From Amoeboradix gromovi X-113 (Eukaryota; Fungi; Sanchytriomycota): DNA of 7,951 bases. Location: contig JADGIF010000475.1 of assembly GCA_018985225.1 (NCBI GenBank), positions 1 through 7,951 of the forward strand. The letters run 5' to 3'. The translations under genes were made by a program, and so were the position numbers. This document shows, in pieces, positions 1 to 7,458 of the stretch (the stretch's first letter is position 1; the number at the start of each line of letters is the position of its first letter). Under the pieces are notes generated by a model, which was not told where the DNA came from, made no database searches, and saw only the letters and a list, made by a program, of their open reading frames with translations.

Positions 1-261
1 CATCATTACTCTTGTCTATTTCATTCTCACAGACACTACATTTCTTTGATTTACTGGTGTATGAAAGAGTAAGAGAATAGCTGAACAGAATATTTATTTT
101 TGAAATTTGGATACAAAAAGTTATTTATTTTCCTTTTATAATCGTCAACTCCGCAACTAGCTGAATGCCCACTCGCCTCTTAAATCCATAAAGTAATAAA
201 GCTGAAATAATGTTCCAAGTTGTTATAGAAAGTTAGTCCAGTTTTTATGTTTGATGTCCCA
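1..261 (-). mobile_element. Decayed Fanzor/TnpB-like nuclease fragment, left copy (runs off the left edge)
   Basis: Minus strand 61-2 reads YTSKSKKCSVCENEIDKSND (CSVC at 40-29), resembling the TnpB/Fanzor YTSKxCxxC zinc-finger start. Upstream frames read LLYGF and DDYKRKINNFLYPNFKNKYSVQLF with stops and frameshifts. Inverted near-identical copy of 7555-7792. Confidence 0.62.
1..261. repeat. Left arm of window-spanning inverted repeat
   Basis: Manual alignment of reverse complements: 122-261 vs 7555-7694 (137/140), 61-100 vs 7685-7724 (39/40), 40-49 vs 7761-7770 (10/10), 1-20 vs 7773-7792 (20/20). Confidence 0.97.
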
Positions 262-298
262 GATGTAAAGTTTAATTTAATTATATTTATTATTACTG

Positions 299-973
299 CT
301 ATAACTGCATATATTGTCCTCCAGAAGTATTAAACCTATTTCTAATCCAATGAAAACCATCTTCAATGTAGTATACTATGCGTTTAAACAATCCTAAATG
401 TGGGATAACGTTAATGCCAGTATCTTTTAGTACTAAAAATCTATACATGCACATTAAAATAAAGTAACAAAGGATAACTATAAGGACTATGCTAAACCAT
501 CCTAGTCCACCGGAAGCTTCTATAGCTGCATCTTTTTTAGAAATTATAATCTTGTCGCTTAGGTATTCCGCGAGTATTGTTTTTTTTACAGCTAAACTGT
601 AATCTTCAGATACAGATACGTAGTTAGAATCTTTATCACTGTGTCCTATTCTAATGGTAGCGAGATGATCCTCATTTGCAATTATTTGCTTGTACCTCAA
701 AACTAATCTTTCCGGGCTATTTTCGTACGATATCGAGGGCTCCTCATTGCTAAAAACATCAAATTTGAATTCTGAATCTAAACTGTAGCCTAAGCAAGCA
801 TAACCGTGACATTCGCTTAATATTTGGCAAGGGTTGAACTTAAATTTCATATGAAGAGTTGTTCCATTAATTGATTTTTCAAATGAGGATCCTAATGCGC
901 TAATGTCGAATTTGAAATCGCTTACTACTATGTTCCCACAATCGAGTGCTGAAAGAAGAGAAGAAAATATCAT
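299..973 (-). CDS. ATG27: ATG27 / cation-dependent mannose-6-phosphate receptor-like type I membrane protein
   Basis: 224 aa. Short hydrophobic N-terminus, MRH-like motifs (C...KFDISAL, FKFNPC), a single TM segment (GWFSIVLIVILCYFILMCMY), post-TM GINVIPH...EDG typical of M6PR/ATG27, and a C-terminal YxxPhi sorting motif (GGQYMQL). Confidence 0.75.
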   Translation of the reverse strand: MIFSSLLSALDCGNIVVSDFKFDISALGSSFEKSINGTTLHMKFKFNPCQILSECHGYACLGYSLDSEFKFDVFSNEEPSISYENSPERLVLRYKQIIANEDHLATIRIGHSDKDSNYVSVSEDYSLAVKKTILAEYLSDKIIISKKDAAIEASGGLGWFSIVLIVILCYFILMCMYRFLVLKDTGINVIPHLGLFKRIVYYIEDGFHWIRNRFNTSGGQYMQL

Positions 974-1564
974 GTTTTGAAGGAGTCAATCTATAACTCC
1001 TTAATTTTATATAAATTTAATCAACTACTTTTGACGAAGCATAAAATCATGGCTATTTGGTCTACTACAGTTGTAATCTTGACTAAACTGAAGAGCGAAA
1101 AACAGTCATGTAGATGGATACACTTAATAGTAGCCTTGCTGTCCTTAATACGTGATAATATAGCTTAGCGAAGCACTGGCTTCGGAAAGGAACATTTTGC
1201 CCACTGAACTGAGTATGATTGTAAAGCCAGTGAATCTCTATGATAGGTCCGGCTTGCAATGATCTGTTGTAGCATTTATGAACTCAGAGTCATTGAGAAT
1301 TGTATATAGACAGAGATATAAATGGTTGTTTAAGATAGAGAAATCAGTTCATGACCATTTGGGACCACAACTATGAGGTATATCATACGTTACCTAGAAG
1401 TTTGCCCTATACTTCCACTAACTTGTTTTCCAACTTTAGGTTTTACCATCTATAGCAGCTGTTGAATTTTATAAAATAAATCAATTATCGGAAACCTTTG
1501 TGTTTTTATATAATTGCATGACTTTTCCAATACCTTAAATACTCAATATTCTTCCTTTTCGCAA

Positions 1565-1690
1565 ATGGTTAATAGAATCAATGAGCGTAATCCTGAATAT
1601 GTCCAATCTAAAGAGACAACTCAGAGGTACAGTATACATTCATCAACACTGAGGAACTGGTCCAAGCATGGAAAAATTAGATGTCTTTTA
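1565..1690 (+). pseudogene. tnpA: IS607-family TnpA (serine recombinase) N-terminal MerR-like HTH, truncated
   Basis: From ATG 1565: MVNRINERNPEYVQSKETTQRYSIHSSTLRNWSKHGKIRC, matching the IS607 TnpA pattern YxxxKExxxxxxVxxxTLRxWxxxGKI. No intact YARVS catalytic motif follows, and the frame ends at 1783. Confidence 0.68.
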
Positions 1691-2208
1691 GCACGTCCTC
1701 AAAAGAGATCAACCATAAATAAACCAAGAAACCATTTATTTAGCAATTCGCCTGTGACTAAGCTAAGCCCTGGTGCTTTATAAAAATTGATATAATCCTT
1801 ACTTCATTAATGTTGCTCCGCCAATGAGAATAAAGTATTGCCTATAAAGAGAGCGATTATCTCAATAAGTGTCTTGTGACTTCTGTAAAATATTTGTTGA
1901 AGCTGGACCTAGTTCCTGGTTTGTTTGCAAGATATCATTGTTATTAATGCTCATAACAAATAGATTATTTATTAAAGAGTATCCGGCTATTTATACCTAA
2001 AACCGGCCCTGAGCGATAACTAAGTGCGAGCCCCTATGTTAACTAACTGGTTCTCCCCTACCTATACAAAGGCTTGTGACAGATATTATTATTTTCCCGC
2101 AGGTCTTCGTGCCTAACACAAGAACCCTCGTGCCAAAGACATTTACAGGGCCAACGCATCCCCTGAAATGTCTATAGCACAACAAATTCTAACACAACCT
2201 CATCATAT

Positions 2209-2594
2209 TCAAGCCAAACTTTTCCAGGTCTCACTAACGATCATAACAGAGTCCCGCAACTTTGGAACTGATTCATGTGGTACGATTCTATCACAGTAAT
2301 ACTGCAAGTTTTCAGAGGTACCATCAGACATTAAACACACAGCAGCAATTAGGCATTTGAGCGCAGGGATTGATGACTTTTTCTTAACGTAACTTGCGCT
2401 GGTTCTTCTGTGAAAACTTTTGATTTTGTAGCAAAGCAGTACTTATAGCGATGGTTGCTGGGATTGATCTTAACCAAATCATATGATCTAATTGAAGCCA
2501 AATAATTCAATTTAGTGAGTATGCGAATGCCGCACTCATAATCTTTTAAGAATAGACTAATTATGGCACTCCTAAAATGCTCATCTGCATTCAT
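2209..2594 (-). pseudogene. Possible frameshifted hypothetical gene (~128 aa)
   Basis: ORF 2594-2349 can be joined by a 1-nt shift at the A5 run (2378-2382) to a second open frame, KSSIPALKCLIAAVCLMSDG...SETWKSLA*, ending at 2209. No family recognised. Confidence 0.3.
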
Positions 2595-2819
2595 TCAAGA
2601 GATAGCATTGCACTATTCACAACCTACACAAGAAAATTTCAATTACTTTGGGCTATGCTTTATTATGAAGCAGTTCTACTTAAGACATAAGATTACTAGC
2701 TTGCACAGCATTGTGCTATTATCGTTCGAACACGTGTAATGTTATTTGTTGTTGGATATAGGTAGGAAAAGTCCCCACTGGAAAGTGTAATAACAAGGAA
2801 ATGCGCTGATAATAGACAT

Positions 2820-3840
2820 TCAGTGTTTATTGATTTTGACCCTTTTGACAGGGCCTGATTGCTCGCTCTTGTGCTTCGGCATTGGTTCCAAGTCCGGATA
2901 GATGATGCATGTGAGATATCTGTATGGCTGTAACCCCTCCGGGTGTATCGATGTGATGATATCGTTGCTCAGATTCTCGATTATGTTCTTCTCCTCCGCT
3001 CCCAATGCACACTATGGAGCTGTGGTATCTGTTGGCTTGCGCCACTATCTTTTTCTTTGTCTCTGCAAATCTCTCTGCTGCACTATCGCTCATGGATGTC
3101 GGTGCCCTCTTTGTGTGCTTCCAGTCCTTCTCGACATACCCCCCCCACTGGACTTTCATGGCCCCGGCTGGATGTACATAGATATGTACGGCATATTCAT
3201 CTTCTCGTGATTCTCTATGATCTTGCTATACCACGGATTGCATTTGATCAGATGCTCCTCAAACTTGTCCTGTGTGTTTGGAGCATAGAACTTGAGCTGT
3301 ATCAACAAGGCTGTGAATGACCCACTGCCCAGGAGCACTGGCAGCAGAATCCAGCGTTGGACAAGTATCTGATAGCATGGAAGAGCTTCAGTCTTTAGTC
3401 TTTGCCAAATATGAATATACCGGCTGCATAGAAAAATTCCGGTTCTGAGGCATACGCGCACATCAAGGTCTTTCTGTCAACAGAGATGTATTAGGAAAAC
3501 GCCATAATGTCCGATATAACCTGCTCCGTCATAAAATCATTCAGCTTCAAGCAGCCCAGACTTTCCCGCCCCGCTTGCGTTGACAATGGACATGTATTTC
3601 TCTAGATGCTTGCCTGAACTTTAGCCCTTCATTTGTGCTTTGACGAATTTAAGGAAGTTGGTGCAATTCGAGTCATTCAAGTATTTGGTTGTAAATGCTT
3701 TCTTCGCATCCCGTCTTTTAGCAGAGCAACAGTCTCTGGTTTCATAATCTTAATCACGCAGCCCTTTATGTTTCTCGAAACAATTCCTCGTTGATAGTGA
3801 GTATTCCGTTGTCCTCGGATATTTCAAAGACCTCTCCGAC
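2820..3840 (-). pseudogene. Crinkler (CR)-type P-loop NTPase effector-like pseudogene with multiple frameshifts, stops and large internal deletions
   Basis: Collinear minus-strand fragments: AFTTKY...YMSIVNASGAGKSGLL (Walker A 3578-3558, cf. SIVQSSGxGKSRLL), EQVISDIMAFS*YISVDRKTLMCAYASEPEFFYAA (YASEP 3454-3440, cf. YPSEPxLAEAA), GSFTALLIQL, and MPYISMYIQPG. Visibly more GC-rich than the flanks. Confidence 0.65.
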
Positions 3841-5095
3841 TTATGCTCTCTGGCAACACGAACTGGGCAGGCACTATGTATGCAGTAAGTTATTCAATAA
3901 TTTACAATTCTAATTCTTGAAGGTACTCCAAAGGTTGTTCAGCTCATTCTAAGTCCTACTTTACTAGATAACCATAAACTTGCACATAGAAAATGAAAAA
4001 ACCTGTCGCCCGGTTACAGCGGCTACTCAAGCATCCATCATCCTGAGGCATGATTAGATGTAATTAAGTATAAGAGACCCACTCTGACAAAATATCCTCA
4101 TTTCCAAGTGAGAAGAACACCTAGAAATCACACTAGATTACCCATTGTTATCAATTCATCATATACAGCGCAACAAAGAAAAGAAAAAAGATGATAATGA
4201 ACCATTACAAAAGATAATAACTCGAAATCACCACATCCAAAACATATTAAACTGGAGTTAAAAGAATATGTGCAATTATATCATTACATTCAAGTACAAG
4301 CTTTTAGAATTATCAGTTGGTGTTTGCAAACACAAACAACATAGGGATTTCCAAATTACCCAATGCTTCTTAAATGATGATCAAAAATATTTGTTAAGAC
4401 TTTCAACCCAAAGGCACTGAAATAAAATTATAATGAGATTTAGAAAAGATATATTGAAGAAAGAAAGAGATGCAATTTATTGATTCACTGGGATGATGGA
4501 CACTAGGACAGAATATGAAAACGATTATTGGTTGAGACATTGCAACATATGCTCTAGTGCTAATCTTTCATGCTATTTTGAAAGAGATATTTATCAGTCA
4601 AGGATAGATTATGCTGGTTTTCCAAATGCAATAAACATCTTTCTTACTTTTGATTCTCATCTAAGTCCTTCCCAGCAGCACAATTCTTTGCCGTTTTTGC
4701 TCTCAAATCACATCGAAATAGAAGTGATATGCGGCTTATCATTCAGCTCTTGATGTAGCCGTGGGTTCGGCTTCTACAGTGATTTCTTAGGGTTACATAT
4801 TCTAGATCACGAGGCTTTGTAGCTGCTTGCAACTGTTGAGCAGAAACAATACCGAGTCTTGCGCAGTCAGAAAATTTAAAAAGAGAGAACAATGGAGCAT
4901 ATGACTCATATAATAGCGATTAACAATTCATTAAATGAAACTCGATAGCTAAAAAGGGATGAAGGGTCAGACCAGTTCACTTTATAACTTTTTTATTTGA
5001 AAGATATCATTTAGCTGCGTCAAGAAATATCGTGATATTCAAAATTTGAACTGCTTTTTTCAAAGTAAAATCTCACGGAAAATTCATATATGATT

Positions 5096-5383
5096 TTATT
5101 GCCTAATAACTTTTCTTAATGCACTTAGCTTCTGCAAAATACTGCCCCTCTCGCTGGCTACTTCATCTGTCTTGTTATTCACGCAATGCAATACGTGCGC
5201 ACAATAGTACCCACACTTTGTGCAAAAGCCTACGTCCATGTAGGTTAAACATTCTTGAAACGCAAAAATATTGTGGCATTTGAATAGAATCTGATCAGTG
5301 GTTTCGATAGAAGAACAGATGATAGTTCGAATAAATTTGTCTTCCAGTGATGAAATTATTTCCAAACCTTTCATCCTCCGCAT
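5096..5383 (-). CDS. Small Cys/His protein, possible SWIM-type zinc finger (SWS1/ZSWIM7/Shu2-like)
   Basis: First ATG at 5383 (alternative 5374), about 95 aa. GFCTKCGYYCAHVL resembles the SWIM CxC...CxH motif but with Cx2C spacing. KGLEII...DKFIRTII resembles ZSWIM7 QALDLVDRQSITLI. Confidence 0.45.
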   Translation of the reverse strand: MRRMKGLEIISSLEDKFIRTIICSSIETTDQILFKCHNIFAFQECLTYMDVGFCTKCGYYCAHVLHCVNNKTDEVASERGSILQKLSALRKVIRQ

Positions 5384-5391
5384 TTCAACTA

Positions 5392-5598
5392 ATGACAAAA
5401 TATTACTGTGATTATTGTGACATATACTTAACTCATGATTCTCTCAAGGTTAGAAGAGCTCACGACAAAGGTTCCAAGCATTTAACAAGTGTAGAAGATC
5501 ATTATTCGAGGGAATTCAAAAATAAAGCACAGCAAGTTGTGGACTATATGGTAGAATTGTATGAAAGTAATTACGAGCTTTTCACAACTGATATGTAA
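5392..5598 (+). CDS. YHC1: U1 snRNP protein C (U1-C), minimal zinc-finger-only form
   Basis: MTKYYCDYCDIYLTHDSLKVRRAHDKGSKH matches the U1-C matrin-type zinc finger (MPKYYCDYCDxYLTHDSxSVRKxHxxGxKH). The true start is ATG 5392, not 5347. 68 aa. Confidence 0.93.
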   Translation: MTKYYCDYCDIYLTHDSLKVRRAHDKGSKHLTSVEDHYSREFKNKAQQVVDYMVELYESNYELFTTDM

Positions 5599-5631
5599 TA
5601 GCTGAAGTCAATGATATTTTGTTAAATAAAT

Positions 5632-5940
5632 TTAATAATGCTTTTTAAACTCATCCCAAGATCCTTTGTAGTTTTCCGCCCTCAATTTCAAACTCTCTGC
5701 TAATATTGTTGCCCTCGATGATCGGCTTCCAGACTTGCAATAAAACAACATTGGTTTGTCTCTATATCTCTCCAAAATTCTTGGATTCGATTCTATTTCA
5801 TCTAGCGGGATATTCTTTGCGGTTGGTATGGCACCGTGTGCAAACTCATCTTCCCTTCTTCTGACGTCAATTATATGGAAATTCTGAGACTTAATGGCAT
5901 CAAGCACTTTTTCAAGACTTGCTATTTTTTGACGTAACAT
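5632..5940 (-). CDS. Single-domain rhodanese / thiosulfate sulfurtransferase (RDL1/TSTD1-like)
   Basis: IIDVR...EFAHGAIPTAKNIPL, active-site loop FYCKSGSRS, and C-terminal NYKGSWDEF. Confidence 0.9.
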   Translation of the reverse strand: MLRQKIASLEKVLDAIKSQNFHIIDVRRREDEFAHGAIPTAKNIPLDEIESNPRILERYRDKPMLFYCKSGSRSSRATILAESLKLRAENYKGSWDEFKKHY

Positions 5941-5954
5941 AAAATCTCCTGCAT

Positions 5955-6791
5955 ATGCAACATTACTACTACGATGGGTCTCTTACAGTTAATGAGTACA
6001 ACCAGCTAGTGTTAGGTTACAAAAACTCTAAAAACTTGAAAACTAATAAGAACGTCCTACAAGTCAATCCTGATTATTATACTCTCTGGAATGATAGACG
6101 AGAAATGATTCCAACGAACTTTGATTTTAAGGAAGAACTAGAATGGCTTATTGAGATTTTAAAGGTCCAACCCAAGAGTTATTGGGCCTGGAACCATCGC
6201 CTTTGGTGTCTATCAAAAGTCAACTTGGCTCTGGTTTGGGATAAGGAAATGGAAATAATTCAAATGTACCTCAAGAAGGACGGCAGGAATTTCCATGTAT
6301 GGGATTACAGGAAGCGCATATTGACTAAAAGATTTGGTAATATTTGGTCAAATGCAGAAGTGTTGGAAGCTGAATTGGATTTCACTTTTTCGAAGGTTGA
6401 AGAAAACTTTTCCAATTACAGTGCACTTCACTGGCGCAGTAAAACCCTGGAATCTCTTTCTTTACTGAACTTTGATATCATCCCAACTTTGCTGAAAGAC
6501 ATTGAATTATTGACAAACTGTTTCTATTCAGATCCTTATGATCAATCTGCTTGGTTTTATTACATTTGGTTCGTTTCGTTTGCAAGTAAGCTAGACTGCG
6601 AAACTTTGAATTGTGCATTTCTTAAGCAATATAAAGAGTTACAGGAGCTGCTTGAAATGGAACCGCTGTGCAAATGGGTGTATATTGGACTAATAAAATT
6701 GCAAAACCATTTAAAAATTAACACAAAGGATTTAAAAAGCAAGTTTAGAACTCTGGATCCGTTGAGAAAAGAAGTTGCGGATTACTTATGA
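5955..6791 (+). CDS. BET4: Rab geranylgeranyltransferase (GGTase-II) alpha subunit
   Basis: Prenyltransferase-alpha repeats NPDYYTLWNDRR, PKSYWAWNHRLW, DGRNFHVWDYR, NFSNYSALHWRS and DPYDQSAWFY, plus ELLEMEP...KW and LDPLR. N-terminus is shortened. Confidence 0.92.
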   Translation: MQHYYYDGSLTVNEYNQLVLGYKNSKNLKTNKNVLQVNPDYYTLWNDRREMIPTNFDFKEELEWLIEILKVQPKSYWAWNHRLWCLSKVNLALVWDKEMEIIQMYLKKDGRNFHVWDYRKRILTKRFGNIWSNAEVLEAELDFTFSKVEENFSNYSALHWRSKTLESLSLLNFDIIPTLLKDIELLTNCFYSDPYDQSAWFYYIWFVSFASKLDCETLNCAFLKQYKELQELLEMEPLCKWVYIGLIKLQNHLKINTKDLKSKFRTLDPLRKEVADYL

Positions 6792-6803
6792 TTTAGTTTA
6801 CTT

Positions 6804-7427
6804 TCACAAGCACGCGTAGTATTGAAAAATAAATTCATTCCCCATTGAATCCACAAACTCACCAAACTTTGGATTTTCTGCTAGTCCTTTAAAGTCGTCT
6901 AAGTTGAATACAAGTTCCTGCACAGAGTCCGTCTGTGAACTTACACTCATTTTTTCAATGACTTTGGGTTTGCTTTCGTCTAGGCTAGGCTTGTTTGAGC
7001 TGAATCTCAATGAGGAGTCAATGTCTTGTGTAAGCATGCCACTCAGTGGTTGAGTGGAATTAGTATGTTCTAGCATCTGTTGAGTATTTTCATTGTTTTT
7101 GCTGGAACTTGATGCTTTTAACCTCCAATTCACACCAAAGATGGCTCTTACTATTCTTGCGACTTCTTCCAGATCTTTCTTATGCATATGAACCTGGAAC
7201 TTGTGGATATCACCATTTTTGTGGTATTTGCATGCCAGAACTCCTAGTCTGCTTACAAATGTTGGAGATTGGTTCAATTTGACACTTTCCATTGTCGTTA
7301 ACAAATCTAGTGTCGAAATTACCATTGTGTTGTCCTCCAGATTTAATTTCAATACCATTGGAATTGAGGAGGTATGCAAGTGTTCCTTTTGGGTGAACTG
7401 GTATTTAAGAATTGAAAATAGTTTCAT
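6804..7427 (-). CDS. REC114: REC114/Rec7-like meiotic double-strand-break protein
   Basis: Collinear similarity to REC114 signature motifs as recalled: FSILKY~WPLQRY, TTMESVKL~TLLEGFSL, FVSRLGVL~IVRRVDCL, HKFQVHM~RLFRVQF. These are followed by an S/Q/N-rich linker and a C-terminal helix LAENPKFGEFVDSM~LMDQNFPAFVEEV. Confidence 0.7.
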   Translation of the reverse strand: MKLFSILKYQFTQKEHLHTSSIPMVLKLNLEDNTMVISTLDLLTTMESVKLNQSPTFVSRLGVLACKYHKNGDIHKFQVHMHKKDLEEVARIVRAIFGVNWRLKASSSSKNNENTQQMLEHTNSTQPLSGMLTQDIDSSLRFSSNKPSLDESKPKVIEKMSVSSQTDSVQELVFNLDDFKGLAENPKFGEFVDSMGNEFIFQYYACL

Positions 7428-7458
7428 AAAAAGTGGGACATGCTCTATGAAAAGTAAG

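Noticed and set aside
1-131. CRISPR-like alternation of conserved and variable blocks between the arms
   Set aside because: The conserved blocks are not copies of one repeat; the pattern reflects independent indels in two copies.
977-1168. 63-aa ORF (and 4493-4753, 86 aa)
   Set aside because: No recognisable motifs; they lie in decayed AT-rich DNA and are probably spurious or pseudogene debris.
2902-3320. Plus-strand ORFs 2902-3210 and 2943-3320
   Set aside because: Antisense shadows of the GC-richer Crinkler-like pseudogene, with no recognisable motifs.
4754-4778. Small hairpin TGTAGCCG-TGGGTT-CGGCTTCTACA
   Set aside because: Short and imperfect, with no tRNA, snRNA or terminator context.
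5347-5398. Apparent overlap of ORFs 5096-5398 and 5347-5598
   Set aside because: Artefact of extended GTG/TTG starts; homology places the U1-C start at 5392.
5941-5954. AGGAG 5 nt upstream of the rhodanese ATG resembling a Shine-Dalgarno site
   Set aside because: Neighbouring genes (U1-C, BET4, ATG27) are strictly eukaryotic; it is the complement of the CTCC motif.
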